Positions 1-11,806 of a DNA stretch of 64,000 nt are shown here, in pieces. Below the pieces are notes generated by a model that was not told the origin of the DNA, ran no database searches, and saw only the letters and a list, made by a program, of their open reading frames with translations. This DNA comes from Octopus bimaculoides. Taxonomy: Eukaryota. A program made the translations under genes and the position numbers. Every line of letters begins with the position of its first letter. The first letter of the stretch is position 1. The stretch spans positions 41,652,210 through 41,716,209 of the forward strand of contig NC_068994.1 of the NCBI RefSeq assembly GCF_001194135.2. The letters run 5' to 3'.

Positions 1-622
1 ATAAAACCAAACCTACTTCTGATATGTAATGTTAATTTCTCTTCAGATCAGCAAAGCTTTAAATATTCTCAGATCAAGCAATCATGAACTAATTTCATCA
101 TTATTCAGATGTTTCTCTCTACAATTTTATGACAATTCATATGTCCTCATAGATTACTAGAAAAGTGACAAATTTTCTCTCATGAGACAAACTTCCACAA
201 TATTGCAGCCTTCAGACTAGAATTCTAGCTTCAAAGAGGCTGAAGCAAAGTGATTCTTGACAATTTAGGTCTCCCTTCAAAATGACTGACAAGATCACAA
301 TCATATACATATATATGAAATCCCAGTTGACTGTCACATGATTACCGTTCTTCATGTTTTCAGTTTTATGTTGTGAATAATAAAGTTTTGCAAGCTTCAA
401 TGTGCTTATATGCATATGTGTATACATACATACATGTAAAATCATATTAACACATTCAAATACATTTAATGTATGTGTGAGTGGGTGTGTGCGTGTGCAT
501 TTATATATATATGTATGCATATATATATATATATATAAACAAACATAAGCAGATGTATATGTTAATGTGCATCTATATACTTATGTAAACATACATATAT
601 AGTTATATATATACATATACAA

Positions 623-653
<31 letters not shown>

Positions 654-867
654 TATGCATAATTTTTATGATAGTTGCATTCTCATTATTCACAGGCTGC
701 AAGCATTCATAAAGAGAACATCCTGCTATAAATACACTCTACATAAACTGTTACTTCTGCTCACACATGCAAAGAACACACCCTGAGTTCAAATCTTGCT
801 AATTCAGGAAAAGGAGTATCCATAACGTTAGTAGCAACATAATATTTAACATTTATGCCTATATATT

Positions 868-1530
868 GATTTCAAATTTTGGTACAAGGCCAGCAACTTT
901 GGGGAAGGGTATAAGTCATATTTACATTGATCTCAGTGCTCATCTGGTACTTATTCTATTGATCCCAAAAGGATGAAATGCAAAGTTGACCTTGGCAGAA
1001 TTTGAACTCGGAACGTAAAGGCAAACAAAATGCCACTAAGCATTTCGACTGGTGTGCTAATGGCTCTGCCAGCTCACTGCTTTAATAATAATAATAATGA
1101 TAATCCTTTCTACTAAAGGTACAAAGCCTAAAATTTCTGGGAAGAGCACTAGTCAATTACATCGACTGGTAGTTATTTTATCGACCCCGAAAGCATCAAA
1201 GGCAAAGTCAACCTTGGCGGAATTTGAACTCAGAACATAAATACAGACAAAATGCTTAGCAGCATTTTGTCTGGTGTGCTAATGATTCTGCCAGCTCACT
1301 GCCTTAGTAATGATAATAATGATAAAAATCCTTTCCATTAAAGGCACAAGACCTCAAATTTTGTCAGTTACATCGACCCCAGTGCTTGACTGGTACTTGT
1401 TTTATTGACCCCGAAAGGATGAAAGGCAAAGTCGAATTTGGCAGAATTTGAACTCAGAACATAAAAACAGATAAAATGCCATTAAGCATTTTGCTCTGAG
1501 TGCTACCAATTCTGCCAGCTTGTCACCTTA
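868..1530 (-). mobile_element. Three head-to-tail copies of tRNA-derived SINE-A separated by (AAT)n
   Basis: The reverse complement of each unit has an A-box-like TGGCAGA, a B-box-like GAGTTCAAATTC and the body GCCTTTCATCCTTTCGGGGTCGATAAA. Units lie at about 868-1085, 1100-1310 and 1330-1530. Confidence 0.85.
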
Positions 1531-1824
1531 CTTTACAAATACATATTGATCATGTGGAAGTAAGAAGCCACAATAATAGAAAATTATAATGAATTTTTTT
1601 AACACATAAGCAAGGAAGACACTCAAGTGGATACATAATATAATATCATGAAAACTTAACTCCATTAAAAGTTAATTTTGGTTTGCTTTCTAATTATTTT
1701 AGGCTCTGATTGGTTTAATCTATGATTAGGTAATTTTGTAATTGTCATCAGATGGATATGTGTTGCTGGCCAAATGGATAAGAATATTACTAATCCTTTC
1801 ACTCAGAAATGAATTTATCATGGT

Positions 1825-1980
1825 GCAGATGAAGTTGTGTAGCAAGAAGTTTTTCTTCCCAACAGCTTAGTCTGGGGTTCAGTCCCATTGCATGACAGCT
1901 TGGACTATAGTCCTCTACTATAGCCCCAGGCTGACCAAAGATTCATCAGTGGATTTGGTAGATAGGAACTGAATACATAC
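1825..1980 (+). mobile_element. SINE-B 5' half (decayed)
   Basis: GGTTCAGTCCCA...CTACTATAGCCCCAGGCTGACCAAAG...GTGGATTTGGTAGATAGGAACTGAA followed by (CA/TA)n, matching the copy at 16303-16678. Confidence 0.7.
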
Positions 1981-2029
1981 ACACATATACATATATGTAT
2001 AAAGAGGGAATAAAGTCATTCTGAAGCCA

Positions 2030-2255
2030 TAAACTCATAAGCCCGGTTTCTCAGATTCTCTAGTATCTATTTTTCCCCCATGGATGTGACACAAGTCTGT
2101 TGCAGGATGACTCATTTTTGCCATCTGAGTGAACTGAACTGATGTGAATTGAAGTGTCTGTCTAAGAACACAATGTATCATCTGGACCAGAAATCAAACT
2201 ACAATTTTATGATCAAGAGAGCAACAGCCCGAACACCAAGTTACATGTCTCCATT
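2030..2255 (-). mobile_element. tRNA-head plus CORE-like SINE with tail type F (decayed)
   Basis: The reverse complement has a tRNA-like head and a TGTTCTTAGACAGACACTTCAATTCAC core. It is similar to the copies at about 28080-28280, 30240-30480 and 50480-50720. Confidence 0.65.
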
Positions 2256-2257
2256 AG

Positions 2258-2293
<36 letters not shown>

Positions 2294-2554
2294 TTTTTTC
2301 AGAATGTGATTGAAAAACCAAGGCTTTTTTTATCTCATTCTGAAAAAAATGTTCTTATACATGCACATGCTGATATATGACCTACATTGTACTCCTTATT
2401 CGCATAATCACCAAACCTGGAGCCTAACTATGGTCTGTCCATAGCACTTACTTAGCATTACCTGACACCTTTGGGTCTTATTGACTCCATTATCTATCAT
2501 AACCTATATATANNNNNNNNNNNNNNNNNNNNNNNNNNNNNNNNNNNNNNNATA

Positions 2555-2900
2555 TAGGTAAAGTAAAGACTCCCTCCGGTCATGAATGAACATGAGGTCG
2601 CACTTAGAAAGTTACCCTCCAAGGCACATGTCTGGTCAAGGTTGTTTATGGAAGACCAGCAGTCACCTATGCATACCAGCCTCCCCTCTCCATGCCACTG
2701 ATGTTATCCAAGAGAAAAGCAAAGGCTGATACAGTTTGGCACCAGTGATGTCACAACTCATTTTTGCCAGCTGAGTGAACTGGAGCAATGTGAAATAAAG
2801 TGTCTTGCACGAGAACACAACACACAACTGAGTCCAGGAATCAAACTCACTACCTCATGATTGTGAGTCCAATGCTCTAACCATTGAGCCATGTGCCTTC
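2555..2900 (-). mobile_element. tRNA-head plus CORE-like SINE with tail type C
   Basis: Homologous to 15955-16285 (+) and 7420-7740 (-). The reverse complement reads GGCTCAATGGTTAGAGC...GAGTTTGATTCC...GCAAGACACTTTATTTCAC. The tail abuts a (TA)n tract and gap. Confidence 0.8.
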
Positions 2901-3084
2901 ATAAAAAGAAAACGTAGCTATGTTGGGAACTAAACCTGGGCTGAGTGGGTGAGACCCACAAATCCTAACCATTAGACCACATTTATATTTTTATATATGT
3001 ATGTATATAAATACACACACACTCACACACAAATTTACACATATATATGTGTGTATGTATATATATTTGTGTGTGTATATACAC

Positions 3085-3317
3085 CATTTTAAGCGTGGCC
3101 ATTGCCAGTACCGCCTGACTGGCTTTTGTGCTGGTGGCACGTAAAAGCACCCACTACACTCTCGGAGTGGTTGGCGTTAGGAAGGGCATCCAGCTGTAGA
3201 AACTCTGCCAAATCAGATTGGAGCCTGGTGTAGCCATCCTGTTTCACCAGTCCTCAGTCAAATTGTCCAACGCATGCTAGCATGGAAAGCGGACATTAAA
3301 CGACGATGATGATGATA
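3085..3317 (+). mobile_element. 3' UTR fragment of a young RTE LINE ending in (GAT)n
   Basis: AAAAGCACCCACTACACTCTC..GTTGGCGTTAGGAAGGGCATCCAGCTGTAGAAACTCTGCC..GATGATGAT, the same as the 3' end of the LINE at 11807-13467. Confidence 0.85.
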
Positions 3318-3599
3318 ATGTGTGTGTATATACACCATTTTAAGCGTGGCCATTGCCAGTACCGCCTGACTGGCTTTTGNNNNNNNNNNNNNNNNNNNNN
3401 NNNNNNNNNNNNNNNNNNNNNNNNNNNNNNNNNNNNNNNNNNNNNNNNNNNNNNNNNNNNNNNNNNNNNNNNNNNNNNNNNNNNNNNNNNNNNNNNNNNN
3501 NNNNNNNNNNNNNNNNNNNNNNNNNNNNNNNNNNNNNNNNNNNNNNNNNNNNNNNNNNNNNNNNNNNNNNNNNTATATATATATGAATATGTGTGTGTG

Positions 3600-3830
3600 T
3601 GTGAGACTGTCTCCTTGACTTGACATCATGTGATGTTTGTAAACAAGTGTTACCATCATGCAAGAGGTGTCATTCATTTCCAATCTTCTGTCAAAACATT
3701 TTTAGTTTTGCAGAAATAACACCTCCCTTGGAGAAAGGTGAGGATTAGTATCTGGAAGAGCACCTGGTTGTAGAAAATCTGCCCCGATTAAATTCCATGG
3801 TAAAGTAGGCATTAAAACAATGAATTTGCA
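3600..3830 (+). mobile_element. Decayed non-autonomous repeat with an RTE-like 3' end (family H)
   Basis: Similar to 18420-18720 (-) and loosely to 31200-31440 (-). It carries a degenerate GGAAGAGCACCTGGTTGTAGAAAATCTGCC version of the RTE tail. Confidence 0.5.
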
Positions 3831-4259
3831 TCCATGCACATAGCCAGGAATAAGGTAGCAAGCCAACTGAAACCTAATGTAGATGTAAATATTGAAACAT
3901 TATTTTATATCTTTAAAGATGAGGTTAATAGACTGCAAAAATGGTAATTGTATAAACAATAATTTATTTCAGACATTTAGATATTTACTTTGTTGAAATT
4001 TGTTTCTCTTTAAAATAGCGATATTTAAACAGAAGAGTAAAGTGACATAGGGAATTAAAAAAGAAAAATAAAACAAAAATAATTTTTAAAAAATATTGTA
4101 TAAATATTCCAATGTGATATTTGAGTTATTCCAATTTTTAAAATGTTTTCAAAATTGTCAACTCAATGGCAGTATCAAAAGGAACATAACTCCACATGGA
4201 TATAATTTCTGTTCTGTTATAAACAATGTATGCATATATCACAAAAAAGTGATCGCTTA

Positions 4260-5100
4260 TCTTGTATTTGTTTTAGCCATTAGACTGTGGCCATGCTGGA
4301 GCACTGCCTTGCAGGGTTTACACAAACAAATTAGCACTAATACTTATCATTTTTTTTGTAAGTCAAGAACTTTAGCCAAACCACTAAATTAAGAGGACAT
4401 AAACAATCCATCACCAGTTGTCAAGTAGTGGTGAAGCAGACTTACACGCACACATACATATGTATGTACGTGTGTGTATGTGTGTGTGTATACATATATA
4501 TATGCATATATATATTCTTTTATTCTTTTACTTGCATCAGTCATTTGACTGCAGTCATTCTGGAGCACCACTCTAAAGTGCTTTTTAGTTGAAGAAATCG
4601 ACTCCAAGACTTATTCTTTGTAAGCCTAGTAGTCATTCTAATGGTTTCTTTTGCCAAACTGCTAAGTTACAGGAATGTAAACAAACCATCAGTTGCCAAG
4701 CAATGGAAGTGGGGAACAAACATAGACACAAAGACACATATACATAAATATATACATACATATATACGATGGGCTTTTTTCTGTTTCTGTATACCAAATC
4801 CTCTCACAAGGCTTTGGTCGGCCTGAGGCTATAGTATAAGACACTTGTCCAAAGTGCTACACAGTGGGACTGAACCCTAATGCGTGTGTGTGCATGTATA
4901 TGATAAATTTCCATTCAGTTACCTTCTACTGAATTCACTCATAAGGCTTTGGTCAGACTGGGACTATAGTAGAAGACAACTGCCCATGGNNNNNNNNNNN
5001 NNNNNNNNNNNNNNNNNNNNNNNNNNNNNNNNNNNNNNNNNNNNNNNNNNNNNNNNNNNNNNNNNNNNNNNNNNNNNNNNNNNNNNNNNNNNNNNNNNNN

Positions 5101-5131
<31 letters not shown>

Positions 5132-5400
5132 CATATATACGATGGGCTTTTTTCTGTTTCTGTATACCAAATCCTCTCACAAGGCTTTGGTCGGCCTGAG
5201 GCTATAGTATAAGACACTTGTCCAAAGTGCTACACAGTGGGACTGAACCCTAATGCGTGTGTGTGCATGTATATGATAAATTTCCATTCAGTTACCTTCT
5301 ACTGAATTCACTCATAAGGCTTTGGTCAGACTGGGACTATAGTAGAAGACAACTGCCCATGGTGCCATGCAATGGAACTGAACCTGAAACCACATAGTTA
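4260..5400 (-). mobile_element. Cluster of SINE-B copies with internal (TA)/(CA) microsatellites
   Basis: Repeated GGCCATGCTGGAGCAC 3' ends and CACAAGGCTTTGGTCGGCCTGAGGCTATAG 5' halves. About 4760-4989 is repeated after the gap at about 5130-5360. Confidence 0.8.
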
Positions 5401-5519
5401 CAAAATGGTCTCCTTTTGTAGCCATATAAAGAATTAGAAGGACTCATTTTCTTAATACTTAAGAGTCTGTGACTTGAACAACAACATTGGTATTAGTGCG
5501 TATCCTCAAATTAATTCTC

Positions 5520-5688
5520 TCAAAATTACACACATGGTAATGAAGCACACACACAGAAATAAAATACACACAAAGAAAAGTACACATGCAGAAATGAAGT
5601 ACATACACAGAAATGAAGTACACATACAGAAATGGAACACACACACAGAAATGAAGCACATGCACACAGAAATGAAGTACACACAGAA

Positions 5689-5755
<67 letters not shown>

Positions 5756-5930
5756 CGAAGTACATACACAGAAATGAAGTACACACAGAGAAATGAAGTA
5801 CATGAACAGAAATGAAAGTACACACACAGAAATTAAGTGTGCACAGAAAAGTACACACACATAAAGTACGCACAGAGAAATGAAATACACACACAGAAAT
5901 GAAATACACACAGAGAAAAGTACACTCACA
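5520..5930. repeat. About 20-bp minisatellite ACACAGAAATGAAGTACAC(A) around a (CA)n core
   Basis: More than 12 degenerate CAGAAATGAAGTACAC units flank a pure (CA)n tract at about 5692-5750. Confidence 0.85.
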
Positions 5931-7419
5931 GGAATGGTACCCATACTCATTGTTTTCATCTTTTATCATTTATCTTTTACTTGTTTCAGTTACTAGACTA
6001 TGGCCATGCTGGGGTACTACCTTGAAAAATTTTAGGTGAAGGAATTGACCCCAGTACTTACAGGATTGTTTTAAAGCCTGAGGCTTATCTTATTCTATCA
6101 GTCACTTTTATTGGACTGCTAAGTTACAGGAACATGAACGCACCAACACCAGTAGTCAAGTAGTGGTTGTGGTAGTGGTAGACAAACACACACACGCATA
6201 TTGTGTGAAACTAGCCTGTCGATTTGAGTGTGACCACACCAGCTTAACTGGCCATCTTGCCTTCTACTTGGCTTCAAGGATCATGCAGAAATTTCCATAA
6301 ATCCTTCCTAGTCAACTGAAACCACAACACCAATGTAACATTTAGGGCTTCATTTTATTGCTCCTTCATAAGCACACTGAAAGCTTTTCTGCTTTTTGAG
6401 AGGCTAAAAGCGATCACCTTGCCATTTCTTTGATATAATCATCAACCAAGGAGGGAGAATTTCTCATGACATACTTATCCTATATTCTGTTTCTTTATGG
6501 CTCACAACATTGTCAAGACTATTTTTGTTATTACTAGTCTGTGTTTACATCACAAATGCGTTAGTGATTTCTGTATATTTTTCAAAGTACCAATGTCTAC
6601 ATTTGTGTTTGTAATTGCATCTGCTTGTCTAATTGACATAATTTTCTTCTTCATACATTTTCTTTTTATAGTCTGTATGTTATTTTCATAATTTGCGACA
6701 ACATTTTCTTCAAAATCTTGTAGTGTATATACTATGACTTCATTTACACCTAGTATTTGTAATCATCACCCCAGACAAAGAAACTATATAAGAATTTAGC
6801 TTCTTCCTCAATGAAATTCTAGAAAATATAAAATATATAAATTACTAAAAGGAATAACTTATTTTTGTATTCCAAAGTAAATGAAGTGAAGACTCAAAAT
6901 TTCCAAAGTGTAATAATCCAAGAAAAAGAAAAACAGGGGGAATTTTTCTATAACTATAAGCAAGGTAATCCAAATCTTTTATGGAAATATGTTTGAAACA
7001 CCTTTGCTCTCTTCAAAACGTATCATCAACCATATAAGTAGTAGTAGTAGTAATGATGATGATGAAGATGATGATGATGGTCTTCGGCACAAAGCCAGAA
7101 ACTGTCCAACCAGGGGAAGGTATTAGTCAATTACATCAACATCAGTACTAAAAGTTGTTGTGGTTGTTATACAGAATGTATAACATTTATTAAAAAAACA
7201 AAAACAATATCTATTGTGCCAAGACAAGAAAGCACTTTTTTTTTTAAAGAATTATAATATTTAAAAATTATGAGGAATGATATAAATGAATTAAGAAATC
7301 TTTTAAAAAAAGAATTCCCGCTAGGTCTTTGTTTTCTTTCTTAAACTAAGAGAAATACTCTAATTCATTAAGACATTTTTATGCATATGTATATATACAT
7401 ATGTATATATACATATACA

Positions 7420-8117
7420 TATGAATGACCATGGGAGTGCACCTAGAAAGTTTTCCTCTGAGGGATAAGTCTATGCAAGATTGTTTATGGAAGACCAACA
7501 GTTGCCCATGCATACAAGCCTCCCCTCTCCATACCACCAATGTTATCCATGGGAATGGCAAAAGCTGACACGTTTTGGCACCAGTGATGTCGCAACTCGT
7601 TTGTACACCTGAGTGAACTGGAGCAACGTGAAATACAGTGTCTTGCTCAAGAGCACAACACACAGTCTGGTCCAGGAATCGAACTCACTACCTCATGATT
7701 GTGAGCCTGATAGTCTAATCACTGAGCCATGCACTTTCACTTACTCTCTTTACTTACTTGTTTCAGTCATTTGACTGTGGCCATGCTGGAGCACCACCTT
7801 TAGTTGAGCAAATCGACTTCAGGACTTATTCTTTGTAAGCCTAGTACTTATTCTATCAGTCTCTTTTGCTGAACCACTAAGTTACGGGAACGTAAACACA
7901 CCACCATCGGTTGTCAATGCGATGTTGGTGGGGGGGAAACACAGACACACAGACATATACATACACACATATNNNNNNNNNNNNNNNNNNNNNNNNNNNN
8001 NNNNNNNNNNNNNNNNNNNNNNNNNNNNNNNNNNNNNNNNNNNNNNNNNTTTTTTATAAATTGATTTTAATTGAGTTTTTTACCTGTAATTTTGGATTTT
8101 GTCCCTAATAATATTAT

Positions 8118-8151
<34 letters not shown>

Positions 8152-8325
8152 TTTACATATATACGCCAGGCGTCTTTCACTTTGCGTCTACCAAATCCAC
8201 TCACAAGGCTTTGGTCGGCCCGAGGCTATAGTAGAAGACACTTGCCCAAAGTGCCATGCAGTGGGAATGAACCCGGAACCATGGGGTTGGTAAGCAAGCT
8301 ACTTACCACACAGCCACTCCTGCAC
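7420..8325 (-). mobile_element. CORE-like SINE (tail C) followed by SINE-B halves
   Basis: 7420-7740 matches the tail-C SINE. 7745-7950 is a SINE-B 3' half and 8165-8325 is a SINE-B 5' half. Confidence 0.8.
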
Positions 8326-8328
8326 TTA

Positions 8329-8364
<36 letters not shown>

Positions 8365-8479
8365 ACTTTCAACATATCTATGCATACTTGGTTTATTACA
8401 CTCACAGCAGACAAGACACAGCAATCAATGTCTAATAAAAAGCATGTCATCTTGTAAGATTGAAAGGTGAACTGTCCTT

Positions 8480-8760
8480 ATGCAGAAAAGTGAGACTAAA
8501 TGGATTGATGTGCGTAACTACAGGCTAATTATATGTTATAATGATTGTCTCAATGATGGCTATACTCTAGATACTTTAGAAAGAACATCATACGTATTTC
8601 AATAGGCTGAGACTTAAAATTATTGTAGGTACCAATCTTACTAATGTAGACTTCTTAGATGACTCACTTGGCTTAGAATCAAAGGTTTTACAAATCTTTT
8701 CATTAATCAAATGAGAGACTAAGGTTTATAAATAAGTATTCCTGGCAACTTATTATAGTT
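8480..8760 (+). mobile_element. Decayed Penelope-like element reverse transcriptase fragment
   Basis: One frame reads LRLKIIVGTNLTNVDFLDDSLGL, resembling the Penelope RT motif LKITxxTNxxxVDFLDVTL that follows the catalytic DD. Stops and frameshifts flank it. Confidence 0.5.
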
Positions 8761-8889
8761 GTTATAAACTTAATAACATTAGTAGAAGGATAGACGGTGC
8801 ATGGCCAAATGGTTCGGGTGTTGTTCTCATGATCTCAAGATCATATTTTCGTTTCCTGACCAGATCTCAAGATCATAATCGATTCCCAT

Positions 8890-9080
8890 TGATTACAGCA
8901 GCAACCTGTCAGACTCATCAGCATGTAGGGCAAAGTGCTTAGTGACATTTCGTCTGTCTTCACGTGCTGAGTTCAAATTCTGCCAAGGACAGCCTTGCAT
9001 TTCATCCTTTCTGGCTTGATAAAATAAGTGCCAGTTGAGCACCAAAACTGCTGGCCTTGTGTCAAAATTTGAAACCAAAA
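8890..9080 (+). mobile_element. SINE-A copy (tail type TTTGAAACC)
   Basis: GAGTTCAAATTCTGCC...GCCTTGCATTTCATCCTTTC...CCTTGTGTCAAAATTTGAAACC. Confidence 0.75.
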
Positions 9081-9107
9081 TTTGTAAAAGGATTTCATGC
9101 ATAAACC

Positions 9108-9853
9108 CAACGTTTCTGAACCGGGGTTCCCCAGAACCCTAGAGTTCTGTGAAAGGTTCCTAGGGGTTTGACAAAAGGTTCTTAGGGTTTCCACAAGAAA
9201 GAGTGAGATAAGCTAATGCTAATTTCATGATCGTAGTATTACTATACATGCACAACATATTATTAGCTATTGTAATACTGTAATATAAGCATCATCTTAT
9301 CTGACCTATTATGTTATCAAAAGAATATAACAACCATATATATATATGTATGTATGTACAGGGTGACCCAAAAGTAGGTTTACTGTTGTTCAACTACCTC
9401 TTTCACATTTATATATTAACAATTTACATCTTAATCATAAAAAAATATGAAACCATTATTCTATGCGTATTTAGTTAATTGTAAGATAGAAATTTAAATG
9501 TAATAAAATGTTTTAATAGAAATTTAAAGTGCATCTATGTGATAACTGTAAACCTACTTTTGGGCCACCCTATATATATATATANNNNNNNNNNNNNNNN
9601 NNNNNNNNNNNNNNNNNNNNNNNNNNNNNNNNNNNNNNNNNNNNNNNNNNNNNNNNNNNNNNNNNNNNNNNNNNNNNNNNNNNNCTGACCTATTATGTTA
9701 TCAAAAGAATATAACAACCATATATATATATGATATTCACCAGGTGAACTACGATGACAAAATATGAGAAAGATATGATATATAATTTTTTGTGCAGGGG
9801 TTCCTCGAGACATGGAACTTATTTTAAGGGCTACACAAGGTTGAGAAACACTG
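9108..9853. mobile_element. hAT-type MITE with an 8-bp target-site duplication
   Basis: Left TIR CAACGTTTCTGAACC, right TIR GGTTGAGAAACACTG. The flanks CATAAACC (9100-9107) and CATTAACC (9854-9861) match at 7 of 8 positions. Confidence 0.75.
9359..9572. mobile_element. Tc1/mariner-type MITE nested in the hAT MITE
   Basis: TIRs CAGGGTGACCCAAAAGTAGGTTTAC and GTAAACCTACTTTTGGGCCACCCT(A), flanked by TA within a (TA)n tract. Confidence 0.8.
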
Positions 9854-10204
9854 CATTAACCCCACACCACCTAGCATAAAGTTGCCTTCTGCTCTACTAT
9901 AGTCTCATGCAATTGAAAGGGCCCCATATGTAGCTTGAAATCTACAGGGGTGGCTTCTCTAGTGCAGGTGTCATAAAAAAATAAATTGTGAAATTATCCT
10001 GTATTTTGGCTCTTTATGTTTTGAGTTCAAATTCCATTCAGGTCAAATTTTATCGAATCCACAAAGATTCGATAAAATAAAGAAGTATTTAATCACTGGG
10101 AGAGTAGGGGTTCAGTGTGACCGACTATCCTTTTTCCTCAAAAAATTACTGATCAAAGTTAGAAAGAATTACTTGTAGTTTGCCAAGTGGTCATGTAGAA
10201 ACTC

Positions 10205-10536
10205 ACTGATTGACTTCCTAGTGTGGTAAAAAGATTGCTTCTCAACCACATGGTATCAGGTTCAGTTCCACTGTGTGGCACCTTGGACAAGTGACTTCTG
10301 CTATTACTTTAGCCTTGTGAGTGGGTTTGGTTGACAGAAATTGAAAGAAGCACGCACACACACACTCGTGTTTGTGTGTGTGTGTGTGTGCGTGTGTGTT
10401 TGAGCCTCACACTGCTTGACAACCAGTATTAGTGTGTTTATATCCCTGTATCTTGTGAGTGAATTTGGTTGACGGATATTGACCAAAGCCTTGTGAGTGG
10501 ATCTGGTTGACAGAAATTGAAAGAAGCACACACGCG

Positions 10537-10571
<35 letters not shown>

Positions 10572-10790
10572 CTTTGGGTCTATGTTTGAACCTCACACTG
10601 CTTGGCAACCGGTGTTGGTGTGTTTATGTCCCTGCACCTTAGCAGTTCAGCAAAAGAAACTGACAAAATAAAAGAAAAGTAAAACAGATGTACTGGGGTT
10701 GATTCGTTTGACAAAAATACTTCACAAGGCAGTGCCCAAGCATGGCTGCAGTCTAATGATAGAAACAAGTGAAAGATAAAAGTTAAAAGA
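10205..10790 (+). mobile_element. SINE-B with an internal tandem duplication of the middle module
   Basis: CCTTGTGAGTGG..GACAGAAATTGAAAGAAGCAC-(TG)n-CCTCACACTGCTTG occurs twice, at about 10314-10452 and 10489-10635. Confidence 0.75.
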
Positions 10791-11085
10791 TACCAGTAAT
10801 ACATTGGTATCTAATTATCAATTAATATTAGCTTCTATATATATATTGATCAGCTTTGTGCCTATTCTGAGGAGATTAGTATTAAAGGATAAAAAGGAAT
10901 AAAACATAAAACAAAGAACGCCATTACTTTATCTATTCTTTTTACTAATGCACACTATTTTAATATAATATTACAAATTGGAAACCAAATGAAATTTAAA
11001 ACAACGACAACAATAGTAATACTGACTATAGAACCAGAATACATACATACATACATATAAAGATATATATACATATATATCTATA

Positions 11086-11147
<62 letters not shown>

Positions 11148-11806
11148 TACAGCCTACAGATCTATGACTTTATGGCAGATAAAAAGAAACCAGTCTATTA
11201 GATGTCAAGTGCATGTAGAAACTGGCTACAAATATTGTTACTAATGGACTAGATATATATATACATAAAAAAAATAATAAACAAAATATGCCAGATTTTT
11301 ATACCATCAATACAAAAAAAAAATATAACAAGAAACTATATTTCATCTCTGAGCAGATAGTAAGGCTTAGGGAATAAGTTAAAGCTCTTAACACCTCATG
11401 CAATACATCAAAAGCAACAGAAATATAAGTAGAATAGAAAAGTAAAAAAAAACAAAAAAAACCATGAAATGGAAGGTGGAGAAATAAAGAAAAAAAAACT
11501 GAATGGGAAAATATATATAACATCATAGAAAAAAATATTCCATGAGGATTAGCAACTGGCATTATGACCTGCTGCAAAGCCATTGCCACCACTGCTGCCA
11601 CCACCACCACCACCTTTGCTATCACCTATGATTGACCACCCATAACAAGGATATGAAGCAAGTTGTCTCCCTTGTCTTTTTTTAACAAGAATTAATCATT
11701 ATATTTCACATTTTTTTCTTTTCACTACAGGTGTTTGTTCATTAATTTTTATGTCTGTTTTATTTTTTCATGCTAGCATAGGTTAGATGAATATATATTA
11801 TTACAA

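Noticed and set aside
1-300. Minus-strand donor-like GTAGGT at 16-11 with a possible upstream exon
   Set aside because: No sustained open frame leads to it.
1703-1730. Short AG...GT-bounded microexon candidates (also about 3918-3942, 15001-15062, 40239-40268)
   Set aside because: They either have stops in all frames or are too short to support without transcript data.
3080-3379. Apparent duplication just before the gap at 3380, and duplications across gaps (4760-5360, 9300-9730, 17460-18180)
   Set aside because: Identical sequence at or across contig ends is typical of unmerged overlaps in short-read scaffolds. Treated as assembly artefacts.
6570-6760. Minus-strand open stretch of about 65 codons (ILGVNEVIVYTLQDFEENVV...)
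   Set aside because: It is AT-rich, has no convincing acceptor or in-frame donor and no recognisable motif.
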